A stretch of DNA of 52,178 bases from Candidatus Parvarchaeota archaeon (lineage in GTDB: Archaea; Nanobdellota; Nanobdellia; WJKC01), in contig JAUWZX010000003.1 in assembly GCA_030615175.1 (NCBI GenBank), positions 1 to 52,178 of the forward strand, in the 5' to 3' direction. Of the stretch, positions 40,631 through 49,871 are shown in pieces. Under the pieces are notes generated by a model, which was not told where the DNA came from, searched no databases, and saw only the letters and a program-made list of their open reading frames with translations. Numbering within the stretch: the first letter of the stretch is position 1; each line of letters starts with the position of its first letter. The position numbers and the translations under genes were made by a program.

Positions 40631-41080
40631 TTACCAGTCACCTAATTTTGTTTTAATTGGGTTATTCTTTTCCACTTCTTTAATTGCCTTTATTGAAAAA
40701 CCATTTTCTAAGACTTTTAAATACCCTTTCAGTCGATTAATATTATTTACCATGTTATTCCATTTAGGATGCTTTTTAGTGAAGCCTTCTAATTCTTTAG
40801 ACCATTCAGTGATGTGTGGCTTAAGTATGTACTTCTTATTCCACTCTATTGCCTCTTCCATTGATTCAAAATAACACTCATTGAATCTTTCTAAAGGCAC
40901 ATTACCGCCATGACTGGGAGTTTCTTCTAATCTTTCAACTCTTGCGCTTTTCTTGAATATTTTAATAATCTTTAATCTCACGTAATCAAATAATACTGCG
41001 CCAAGCATGAATGTTGGCTGCATATAAATTAATTCTTTGCCTTCTTTTATTTCAATTTTCTTTTTAGATTCTTTTTTCAT
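40631..41080 (-). CDS. hypothetical protein
   Basis: Operon packing. Confidence 0.6.
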   Translation of the reverse strand: MKKESKKKIEIKEGKELIYMQPTFMLGAVLFDYVRLKIIKIFKKSARVERLEETPSHGGNVPLERFNECYFESMEEAIEWNKKYILKPHITEWSKELEGFTKKHPKWNNMVNNINRLKGYLKVLENGFSIKAIKEVEKNNPIKTKLGDW

Positions 41081-41363
41081 TGAATACTCCTCCGTGCCTT
41101 AATTGTTTTTTAACGAATAAGTATAATAGTCCAATCCATAAGAAGTACCAGCCAACTAGGGTTAGTAGTGATATTAATCCAATGGTTAGTGGTGGTAAGT
41201 TACTCGGCAGTTTAATATTCCTCGTTATTGTACGCAGTATTATGTTGTTAAGGAATAATCCTGTGATGATTAAACCGTCAAGCAATACGCTTAAACCCTT
41301 CCTCAAATCCTTATGGGACCTACGCTTCTTAACGTCATAAATCAAATCCCCTTCCTTAATCAT
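41064..41363 (-). CDS. membrane protein
   Basis: Two hydrophobic segments; ATGA overlap. Confidence 0.55.
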   Translation of the reverse strand: MIKEGDLIYDVKKRRSHKDLRKGLSVLLDGLIITGLFLNNIILRTITRNIKLPSNLPPLTIGLISLLTLVGWYFLWIGLLYLFVKKQLRHGGVFNEKRI

Positions 41364-41572
41364 TTATTCCCTCCAGTTTCATCATTAGCGAATAAAGTGA
41401 TTAAACCATTTAAGAATATGAAGAAACCACCAATCATTAGCATTATGAATGTGAAAGGATACCAGACTCCAGGAACATAATGAGTAAGCCCATAGTCAAT
41501 CATCCACATACCCGTTCCCCATAGTAAACCACCAAGGATTAAAAACAGAATCCCCTTCAATGTTTTATTCAT
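41360..41572 (-). CDS. small membrane protein
   Basis: Two TM helices; ATGA overlap. Confidence 0.6.
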   Translation of the reverse strand: MNKTLKGILFLILGGLLWGTGMWMIDYGLTHYVPGVWYPFTFIMLMIGGFFIFLNGLITLFANDETGGNK

Positions 41573-41871
41573 TCTTTAATCACCTTTATTGCGCATTTGC
41601 CTTCATTAATACTAATGCCTTCTTCCTCCCTGGTAGAAGCGTAAAACCAATGCTGGTCAATAGTCTGAATATTATTAACGTAAACTCCTTCATCACATAA
41701 GTAATCAATAACGTGTATGTTTTCCCCGAAATTAGTGTTATCTAATTCAATTATTATAACCTCGTACTCTGGCGTGGGTGGTAGGCTTTCATAAATCTTG
41801 ATAAATAAAAGTGAAATGCTTATGATAAAAGTCAGTACTGTTAAGGCTTTCCACCAAACTAACTCAGTCAT
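41569..41871 (-). CDS. membrane-anchored protein
   Basis: N-terminal TM helix; ATGA overlap. Confidence 0.6.
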   Translation of the reverse strand: MTELVWWKALTVLTFIISISLLFIKIYESLPPTPEYEVIIIELDNTNFGENIHVIDYLCDEGVYVNNIQTIDQHWFYASTREEEGISINEGKCAIKVIKE

Positions 41872-42119
41872 TTTTCATTCTCCTTATCTACTATTTCTAA
41901 AGTAATCTTTATTTTCTTATTTTCAAGTTCCTCGTCACTAATGAATTCATAAATATAGTCATGAACTGATTCATTAATTAAACCAGCAAATACTTTAGAC
42001 TTCCTTTTAGGCACTACTATCCTTCTTTTATAAACATGATTTCCTTTACAGCAAACACACTCTTTCTTATCGCTACGCAAGAACTTTATTACCCCATTAA
42101 TTACTTTTTTCTTACTCAT
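41868..42119 (-). CDS. hypothetical protein
   Basis: ATGA overlaps on both sides. Confidence 0.6.
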   Translation of the reverse strand: MSKKKVINGVIKFLRSDKKECVCCKGNHVYKRRIVVPKRKSKVFAGLINESVHDYIYEFISDEELENKKIKITLEIVDKENEK

Positions 42120-42595
42120 TTCTTACGCTCCTTTAGGTAGTTGTTTTTCTTGAACCATTCCATAACGTACATTACTGAGTCATTAATGCATGACCAACCC
42201 CAGTGACTTATTACTTGTCCTGAATTGAATGAGCTTGGGTAGAAGTGTTTAATTACTGCGCTTGCTATTCCATTCCTTATCCCTTCAAGTTCTGGGCCTA
42301 ATTCAATGAATTCATCCCATAACTTAAATTCTTTAAATTCAGGTTCCACTTCCTTAACTAATCCATACTCGCATAAATATGATAAAGTGAACTCTGTGGC
42401 GAAAATCATTTGCTTCATTAATGAACTATTATAACCGCTTGTCTTGAGGAATCTATTCCTTAGTAATGGCAGCATTAAGTCCATTAATGGCAACCACTTG
42501 AATGTTTTATAATGAGTTACGAATCCGTTTTCATGAATCTCTATTTTAGGCACTTCTCCCAACTTAAACATTCCCTCCCTTTTACCAATAATCAT
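42116..42595 (-). CDS. hypothetical protein
   Basis: ATGA overlaps. Confidence 0.65.
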   Translation of the reverse strand: MIIGKREGMFKLGEVPKIEIHENGFVTHYKTFKWLPLMDLMLPLLRNRFLKTSGYNSSLMKQMIFATEFTLSYLCEYGLVKEVEPEFKEFKLWDEFIELGPELEGIRNGIASAVIKHFYPSSFNSGQVISHWGWSCINDSVMYVMEWFKKNNYLKERKK

Positions 42596-43011
42596 TTATT
42601 TTCACTCTCATTATATCCTTTTTTCATTAACTTTTTATGTTTTTTAAAAGCATCATCTAATTTCTTCTTAAAATCTTTATACTTCATTCCACGCTTCAAT
42701 TCCTCAAGCGTTAAAATAATTACATCCCTGTCATTAGTGGTGCTAAAGCACTCACCATAACCCCTGTCTAATACAACTCTGCCACCACTAGTAAGCCATA
42801 AATCTCCTATTTCAGTAATGTTTTTCTTACGCCATTCATGTAATAAACTTCTTATTCTCATTAATTCATCTTCAATGGCCCTAGGACTCTCCCAATTAAT
42901 TTTTTTGTAAATAATGCTATTTTCATCCCCTCCTAATAGTTTTTCTAAGAATTCATACCACATCTCTAATTGCGTTCCTTCACGTAATCCTCCTTCTTTA
43001 TGAATAACCAT
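42592..43011 (-). CDS. hypothetical protein
   Basis: Operon packing. Confidence 0.6.
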   Translation of the reverse strand: MVIHKEGGLREGTQLEMWYEFLEKLLGGDENSIIYKKINWESPRAIEDELMRIRSLLHEWRKKNITEIGDLWLTSGGRVVLDRGYGECFSTTNDRDVIILTLEELKRGMKYKDFKKKLDDAFKKHKKLMKKGYNESENK

Positions 43012-43017
43012 TATTTT

Positions 43018-43275
43018 TCACGCTCCTCTCTCTAGTTTTTTTATTCTTCGTTCATGGTCGTCAATCATGTCTCCAATGTATAACTCCTGTGCGCATGAAC
43101 GGCATAATGAGTTATTCTTCATTGCAACTCTTTTTCCGCATGATACGCAGGTTTCACGTCTAGCTTCATCAAATAGTTTTCTTAACTTAATTGCTTGTTC
43201 ACTTGTTAAATTAAATTCACCGCTAAGTTCAAATAATTTATCATTCAAAGTCTTATATTCATTTTTCTCAGTCAT
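43018..43275 (-). CDS. zinc-finger hypothetical protein
   Basis: CVSC...CRSC. Confidence 0.6.
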   Translation of the reverse strand: MTEKNEYKTLNDKLFELSGEFNLTSEQAIKLRKLFDEARRETCVSCGKRVAMKNNSLCRSCAQELYIGDMIDDHERRIKKLERGA

Positions 43276-43502
43276 TTAACATCCCCCCCTGCTTCATATT
43301 TTATTTTCCATTTTTTAATGTTTTGATCGTCTAATTTGATTATTTTAATATTATTGTCTAGTGCGTTTAATTCTAGTATTTTAGTTTTAGCTGTTGACCA
43401 GTTCAGGCCTAGTCTTTTAGATATTTCGTATATTGAGAATTCCTTGTTTTGATTGCTTTTGAGTAGTTCTTTAATCTTGGTTTTACTTCCATTACCATTC
43501 AT
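43272..43502 (-). CDS. HTH regulator at the head of an operon
   Basis: FSIYEISKRLGLNWSTAKTKILEL; TATA box upstream. Confidence 0.7.
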   Translation of the reverse strand: MNGNGSKTKIKELLKSNQNKEFSIYEISKRLGLNWSTAKTKILELNALDNNIKIIKLDDQNIKKWKIKYEAGGDVK

Positions 43503-43610
43503 TGTGTTAATATATCAATATGTTGGTATATTTAAGTATTTCTATTTTTTATAGAAGTCTTTTCAAATTATTTTTTAGTTTTACTTCAGTAAACTTCTTT
43601 AACTCAGTAA

Positions 43611-44018
43611 TTAATGCTTTAATTCTTTAGTAACCTGTAACAAGTGCTTAATGAATAAATCCAAACTCGGCTCGAGTCCTAGCTGCCCACGCCAAGCACC
43701 ACACTTAACGCAGAAATTAGTTTTAATGTTTCTTAACTTTTGAGATTCTTTTCTTGATGGTCTACTATAAGAAGAAGATGCATTAGTGCTTCCTTTTCTT
43801 TTAGGCTGCACATGAATCCTCCATTCATGTTTACAATCCTTCTCGCCATCCCAGACGGTAATCGTGGACTCACCATAATCCCTTAAGCCCCATGCCTCGC
43901 AATAAGATAACTCTTAATTGCTATAAGGTGGTCTTGTGATTATGCAATCAATACTTTCGTCTGGAAGTTGTTTTAATCCTTCCAATACATCACAGTTCAA
44001 TATTTTATTAAATTCCAT
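43611..44018 (-). pseudogene. truncated beta-class N4C/N6A DNA methyltransferase with a 30-nt intron
   Basis: NKILNCDVLEGLKQLPDESIDCIITRPPY [30-nt insert] WGLRDYG...GQLGLEP...ELKH*; no SAM-binding half seen. Confidence 0.8.
43893..43922 (-). other. bulge-helix-bulge type intron
   Basis: Insert AGCAATTAAGAGTTATCTTATTGCGAGGCA contains an in-frame TAA; CCUU/GAGG 4-bp helix with AUA and CAU bulges. Confidence 0.7.
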
Positions 44019-44022
44019 GTCA

Positions 44023-45390
44023 TTATTTCACCGGTTCCGCTTTTCTTAGTTCTTCTATTTCCTTGTTTATTTCCTCGCTTTTCTTCATCATTGCTCTTCT
44101 AATCACTTCTTCTGGCATTAACTTGTCTATTTCTTCTTTTGTTTTAATTAATTTCTTCATTAGTATTTCCTTAACTATTGATGTGTTAAGTGTTGGTGCG
44201 TAAAGGGTTTGCCCTAATTCTGATACTTCTTTTAACAATCCTTTACTAACCAGTAATTTTAAGTATTTACGGGATTGCCTGTTACCTACTGGTGTTTGCC
44301 GGCCATAATAACGCATTCCAGCCTCATAGTGTTTGTGTATTGTGTTTGCGTTAGGTACTATATAATAATCCTTATCTGGTTTACAATCACTTATGTCGCT
44401 TTGTTTTGCTTCATTCTTCCATAAGTCATAAGTATTGCAAGTGAATACGTAATACCATTGCACTTGTTTAATAAAATTATTAAGTCTTTGCCTGATTCTT
44501 TGATCTTCTATTCTTTTCTTTGCTTTATTAAAGTGTTTTAATTCTACGGTCTTGCTTTTATTCCTTTCAGCGATTAATGCGCTTTCATACAGTGATTCTA
44601 TCATTATTCTGGCATCACCACCTTGTTTTTCAGCGTATTCAGCCATCTTAGTTATTACTTCTTCACTAATGGTTCTTGGGCGGAATGCTTTCCTTGCTCT
44701 TGCTTTACCTATATCCTTTAATTGTTCTTTAGTATATTGTGGGAAGAATGTTCTGTGATTACCAAATGATTCTATTGTTCCTGTTTGTAATCTTTTTATG
44801 AAGTTAATGTCATTAGCCACGCATATTAATCCAATGTAACCCTCCTTTAGTGAGTCTTTGTTGAATTTTGTGAATTGTGAGCCTTCCTTCGCCCTAACTA
44901 TTGAACGGATTATCCAGTCTATATCACTGTCAGTTTTGAGTTTGTCAACTTCATCTAAAATGATAATTGAGTATTTATCTTCTCCATCTATTTTTTTTAA
45001 GAATTTAGAGAATAGTGTTGCTTGATCTTGCCCTGAACAATTTATTCCTAACTTCCTGCATAACATCCTAACTATTGCTGCCGAAGTGTTTGATCTTGAA
45101 CAAGTAATGAAGAATAAATTTATGTTTTCGTCTTTTTTTAGTTTAATGCAGTCCTTATCGAAGTCTCTTAGTACATAGTATAGGCTTGCGGTTTTTCCAA
45201 CTCCGCTTGCGCCGTATATTATCATATTCCCTGCGGGCCTATCTATTAGTGTTGGACCTATTATATTTACTATTTCTGTGATTAATTCTTTTCTGTGTAG
45301 GAATTGTTCTGGTATGTATTCAAGACCTAGTATTTCCGAGTCCTTAATTATCCTTGTCCGGTTTAATACTATTGGAGTGAATAATGACAT
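44023..45390 (-). CDS. cdc6: Orc1/Cdc6 replication initiator
   Basis: LEYIPEQFLHR, GASGVGKT, IILDEVD, FPQYTKEQL, GDAR, C-terminal wHTH. Confidence 0.92.
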   Translation of the reverse strand: MSLFTPIVLNRTRIIKDSEILGLEYIPEQFLHRKELITEIVNIIGPTLIDRPAGNMIIYGASGVGKTASLYYVLRDFDKDCIKLKKDENINLFFITCSRSNTSAAIVRMLCRKLGINCSGQDQATLFSKFLKKIDGEDKYSIIILDEVDKLKTDSDIDWIIRSIVRAKEGSQFTKFNKDSLKEGYIGLICVANDINFIKRLQTGTIESFGNHRTFFPQYTKEQLKDIGKARARKAFRPRTISEEVITKMAEYAEKQGGDARIMIESLYESALIAERNKSKTVELKHFNKAKKRIEDQRIRQRLNNFIKQVQWYYVFTCNTYDLWKNEAKQSDISDCKPDKDYYIVPNANTIHKHYEAGMRYYGRQTPVGNRQSRKYLKLLVSKGLLKEVSELGQTLYAPTLNTSIVKEILMKKLIKTKEEIDKLMPEEVIRRAMMKKSEEINKEIEELRKAEPVK

Positions 45391-45455
45391 GTCAAACCCT
45401 CAAAATGTAACATATTGAATTATCTAATTGGTTTAAGTATTTAAAAGTTTTGGGA

Positions 45456-45597
45456 GTTCAAAGTGTTCAAAGTGTTCAAATTGTGTTTACTTCGGTAATC
45501 AACCACAACATACGGACATATAAGACATGTTGGACATCTGGAAGAATATTTATTTCTTAATTTATTGCGTAATGTCCAATGTGTCCAACATGTCTTA
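45456..45597. other. candidate replication origin
   Basis: GTTCAAA x3 at 9-bp period; perfect 16-bp inverted repeat (45521-36/45582-97) around an AT-rich spacer, directly upstream of cdc6. Confidence 0.6.
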
Positions 45598-45933
45598 ATG
45601 CTTTATTGCCTCTAGTAATTCCTTCTTAGTTGGCTTCTCCTTCCTCTTCCTAGGCTTGTGCCTAGAGTAAATCCTAACCCTTGCCTTCTTAGCAGTAATT
45701 GATTGAGGGGCCTCGCCATTACCCTTCTTCATGCGACAAGCATTACAAACCCTTGAACCGTATAATGAGCGACCATAATTAGACTTGTGCTTGTACTTGC
45801 CACAAGCCTTGCATAGCACGTTAAAACCGTGAATGTCTACCCTCCACTCAGCCAGGGCTGACTTAGTCGGCCTCTTCGGAGGCATTAACGGAGGATCCCA
45901 AATAAAGTTAGTTTTCTTCATAAACATCACCAA
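45595..45933 (-). CDS. basic zinc-finger protein
   Basis: CKAC...CNAC. Confidence 0.5.
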   Translation of the reverse strand: MVMFMKKTNFIWDPPLMPPKRPTKSALAEWRVDIHGFNVLCKACGKYKHKSNYGRSLYGSRVCNACRMKKGNGEAPQSITAKKARVRIYSRHKPRKRKEKPTKKELLEAIKH

Positions 45934-46041
45934 TAGAAGTTTTAGTATGTGACGATGAAGTCAAGACTATCCTTATTTCCTGCTTGTTCTGGTAATCTAT
46001 GATTAGTTTTCATCACGTAGAATTAGATGCGGTAAAGGTTT

Positions 46042-46785
46042 TTAAGCTTTCTTATTGCATTTTGGATGCCATGAACAGTAGTGATCTGCCATATCGATTA
46101 AATACCACGCCCCATCATTTCCTTTGCAGAAGTCTATGCTCCAGTGTCCTAGTATTGTCTTGCTTATTAATTCTGCGTGTTTTGTTAGTAGTTTGATTTC
46201 CTCTGTTGTTTCAGTGTTCATTCTTTTGAGGATTTGTTTCCAGTTATAAATGCTTGGTTCCACTCCTCCCTTTATTATTGCGTCTTCCGGCCAGTATGGG
46301 TGGTGGCAGATCACTTTTCCGTCTTTAACGAAGTACCTGCGCTCAGGGTTTACAGGCATTTTGCCATTGAATGCTGTAAATCCGGTAGCCATTGGTATGT
46401 ATTCCCTGATCAGTAATGCCTTGTAGGGTAGGCCCATGAAGTCTGCCATCTCGTTTAATTCAATTAAGTAAAGAATGTTTGCTTCAAGGTTTTCTTCTTT
46501 TTCAATATAGCAGGATTTACTCCATGAGTGCTTACCACTGGTTGCGTCAGTCCTTATGAATATGGGATAACTGTATTCTTCTTTTATTATCTTCCTTATC
46601 TTATTTAGTATTCTACTGTTAATCTTTCCTTTGTCTAAGTAATTGCTGAATTTGAATCTGTCTGCCTCAATTATTGTTGTCCTGGGCATTGGTATACTTA
46701 AATCTTTAATTCTCTCCCAGAAGAAAACCATGCTTGAATTCGCTTGAGCTTTCTTACACTTTACGAATTCATCTCTTTTATTCAT
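46042..46785 (-). CDS. ATP-grasp fold protein (R2K-like)
   Basis: PIFIRTD..SGKH, LLIREY, ERRYFV, WSIDF...WYLID. Confidence 0.65.
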   Translation of the reverse strand: MNKRDEFVKCKKAQANSSMVFFWERIKDLSIPMPRTTIIEADRFKFSNYLDKGKINSRILNKIRKIIKEEYSYPIFIRTDATSGKHSWSKSCYIEKEENLEANILYLIELNEMADFMGLPYKALLIREYIPMATGFTAFNGKMPVNPERRYFVKDGKVICHHPYWPEDAIIKGGVEPSIYNWKQILKRMNTETTEEIKLLTKHAELISKTILGHWSIDFCKGNDGAWYLIDMADHYCSWHPKCNKKA

Positions 46786-46979
46786 GGCCCACACTGTAAG
46801 TTTGAATGTACTTTTTTGAAGAATTCTGCATGGCTTCGTTCATCTTCAGCTAATTTATCTAATCCTAATTCCTCGTATTCCTTGGCTGCCATTTCTTCAT
46901 CCTTAATGAATTCCTTTACTTTATCGCAAGTTAGTTCTCTTTCAGCAACGCCTTTAAGTTTTGAAAAATCAAAATCCAT
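46782..46979 (-). CDS. minimal ferritin/rubrerythrin-like protein
   Basis: DEEMAAKEY...LAEDERSH (E...ExxH). Confidence 0.55.
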   Translation of the reverse strand: MDFDFSKLKGVAERELTCDKVKEFIKDEEMAAKEYEELGLDKLAEDERSHAEFFKKVHSNLQCGP

Positions 46980-47017
46980 TGATTAAAAATTAAGGGCTTA
47001 TAAGTATTAATAATTTA

Positions 47018-47395
47018 TTATTTGATGTATTTTTCGTAATCCCAGTCGTATTCATTCTGGCCTGTTTCAGCGTTGAAGAATTCTGTTAGTTTGTATACTT
47101 TAAAGCCCTTTCTATCATACCAAACCCATACTTCAATGCTTACTTTGTCAAAGTTAATGTATTTTTCAGCGAACTCCCTTAATCGTAGTAGTGCGCCGCC
47201 AGTTCTGTTTGTTTTTACTTGAACAAACTTAACCTTACTGTCCTTCTTAATTGCAAGTAGGTCTGCGACTCCGAAAAAGTCCTGATTCTTCTTATACCTG
47301 GCACGCTGTGTTTTCTCAACAAGAAATTCTTGCTTTTCAAGAATCTTCTTTGCTTTTAATTCTGTTGCCGAACCCTTCATGGAAGTATTAACCAT
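47018..47395 (-). CDS. Holliday junction resolvase-like PD-(D/E)XK nuclease
   Basis: KGSATE...L...F.V, DFFGVADLLAI, FVQVK. Confidence 0.8.
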   Translation of the reverse strand: MVNTSMKGSATELKAKKILEKQEFLVEKTQRARYKKNQDFFGVADLLAIKKDSKVKFVQVKTNRTGGALLRLREFAEKYINFDKVSIEVWVWYDRKGFKVYKLTEFFNAETGQNEYDWDYEKYIK

Positions 47396-47983
47396 TAATT
47401 AAATAATTAGTAATTGGTTATTTATAAAATTTTAATTATTTTGCTGTGTTGCCGTTGTTATGACACTTTTTGCATTTACTTCTATTACCTGTTGATGAGA
47501 ACCATATGTAAGCGAATTCCTTTTTTGGTTGACCTTTATTACAAAAACTGCAACGTATAAAAACTTCGTGAAGTTTCCATAATCTCTTGGATAATCTGAC
47601 CATTAAAGAAGTAAGTAATGTTCCCAGCAATTTAATATTTACTCATTCACGCAGAAGTTAGGGGTTTCATGTAAGTTAGGGCTTTTTAGAAGGGGTTTTA
47701 AGCAATGTTGTGGGAGTTCAGGTTAGTGTTCTATGTAATAGTGATTAGTCGTTATTGCATAGTGATTAAGTACCTATTTGAGTACTTATTATTGGACTTA
47801 TATGAGTACTCATGGTGCTAACACTTCTAACAATAAAGAGTAAGCAAGTGTAAGAAAACTACTAAAAACTACTAAGTTAGTAGTTTTATTAAATACGAGT
47901 ATTAAATAAAAAAAAAGAGGAAGAAATAATCCTTTTCTCCCTCAGTTTCATTCTGACTTTTATTTTTTTCTTTTATTTTTTTT

Positions 47984-48823
47984 TCATTCTGGATTTCTGG
48001 CGTGGTTTAAAGCAAAAGCGTTACTTAGATCTTCATTCCAGAAACTTGCTGGCCTGAATTCATATTCTCCGTTAAGTTCCATTAAATTTCTTGCTGAGAA
48101 TAAGAATCTTTCTACTGTTAGTCTTTTGTATTCTGGTTCAATTAGTGAGTTATTCCTTATTATCTTCTTTATCTTGCTTCCCTGTTTTAATGTACTGTAG
48201 TCAATATCTTTAACGAACCATCCATCTATGTATGATTCAAGTGCTTTATTTACCCATCTTGAGTCATTTGTGCTGAAAATCATTGTTATATTTCTTTGCC
48301 TGATTATTGATAATAGTCGCTGTAATGCTTCATTATTCTTATTGCTATGTCTTGGCATTACTAATTGTGGTTCATCAACGAATACTACGCAGTCATTAAG
48401 ATAAACTAATTGTTCAAAACTGTGCAGTATCTTAAACCCTAATGGCTTAATTAATTCTGCTCGTGGGTGCTTATAAATGTAAATTGTTATCTTATTCTTT
48501 AATGCTTCTTCTAATATCCTGAATCCTAAAGCAGTTTTTCCTGTCCCTCTTGCCCCGATTATTAGTATGCTGCCGAGTTTTAACACTTCTTTAAAGTTAA
48601 ATCCATTATTGAACTTGTATTCTAATTCCTGTGCTTTCATCTGCTTTATTTGTTCTTTTTCACTTAAGCCATTTATGTTTAATTCTTCTTTTAAGCAGTT
48701 AAGGTTCTCTTCCCAGTTCAAGGTCATGTCTAACAGTGCTTTATAATCTACTGTGTCCGGTACAATACCATTTCTTAAAAGAAACTTCCTTGCTCTTTCT
48801 TCAAATACTTCTATTTTATCCAT
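47984..48823 (-). CDS. P-loop ATPase
   Basis: IIGARGTGKT, VFVDEPQ, RQR; GGAGG ribosome-binding site. Confidence 0.8.
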   Translation of the reverse strand: MDKIEVFEERARKFLLRNGIVPDTVDYKALLDMTLNWEENLNCLKEELNINGLSEKEQIKQMKAQELEYKFNNGFNFKEVLKLGSILIIGARGTGKTALGFRILEEALKNKITIYIYKHPRAELIKPLGFKILHSFEQLVYLNDCVVFVDEPQLVMPRHSNKNNEALQRLLSIIRQRNITMIFSTNDSRWVNKALESYIDGWFVKDIDYSTLKQGSKIKKIIRNNSLIEPEYKRLTVERFLFSARNLMELNGEYEFRPASFWNEDLSNAFALNHARNPE

Positions 48824-48874
48824 ATTATCCCTCCTCCTTTACGTTTTGGGCATAATCTTCTCAGGTTATGCCTG

Positions 48875-49450
48875 TCAAAACCCTTTAGTTTTTATTATTT
48901 TAATTGGTTCTATTAGTTTTAAATTTCTAAAAGTTTTTAATCCTTCTTGGTATTCTTTTTCCTGTTTTTTACTATGTCCTTCAGTTCGCTCATAATTACT
49001 CATGTATTGTTCTGCTGTTATTGGTTTTGAGTCATCTTTTAGTAGAAAACAATACCCTTTAAGTCCCTTTTGTCCATTGATATGTTTTTCATTAAATTCT
49101 ATGTAGAAAAATCCGTCATTATTGTCTAAGGTCCTTAATACATTTCTTAATTTCCGCCTTTTTACAAAATAGGTTTTTTTGCCCTTCCATGTTTTTAAAC
49201 ATTCTTTGTTGTCATCCCATTCAGAAGCATTATCAAAATACCTGTAAAAAGAGTTCATGTCATTTGGTTTTCCGTAAAAACTTCCTTTTAAAAAATCCTC
49301 AAAACTTCTGAATCCAGTTTTGTTATATTTTATGAAATTCCTTACTGCCGTGCCTATCCTTCTAATTGTGTAATCTCCCCATAACCATTGCATATGGTAT
49401 ATTTTAATATGTCCTTCTGTGTTTTCAATTATCTGAAATCTTTGTCCCAT
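48875..49450 (-). CDS. hypothetical protein
   Basis: GGTGA ribosome-binding site; DNNDG motif. Confidence 0.7.
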   Translation of the reverse strand: MGQRFQIIENTEGHIKIYHMQWLWGDYTIRRIGTAVRNFIKYNKTGFRSFEDFLKGSFYGKPNDMNSFYRYFDNASEWDDNKECLKTWKGKKTYFVKRRKLRNVLRTLDNNDGFFYIEFNEKHINGQKGLKGYCFLLKDDSKPITAEQYMSNYERTEGHSKKQEKEYQEGLKTFRNLKLIEPIKIIKTKGF

Positions 49451-49871
49451 TATTTATCACCCCCTTTTAATCCTTTAAATATTTTCAGTGCAAATAAATA
49501 CTGCCTTAACGTTAGTCCTTCATTATCTCTTAACCACCAGATTAATTCTTTAATCACGCCTTAACGCCCTCCCTTTAAACAATTGCTACAATAGAAATAA
49601 ATTCCTCCTTTAGAACTTCCATTAACACAACGCCCAGTATTACTTAAAAGTCCACAAGTCAGGCATTTAAAACGTCTGAGAAAGAATTTAATCTTTAATT
49701 CCATAATTCCGCCTCAACTTCTTTAATTAATCCTGCTTTCATGCTGTTATATAGACTTATGGCCCAATTGTTATGTGATTTATCTATAAATCTGTTAAGC
49801 TGCTTTATTTTCTTAATTGCTTTATCCATTTTTGCTAAGTTCAATACTACCCCCTCCGTTATTTTAATCTG

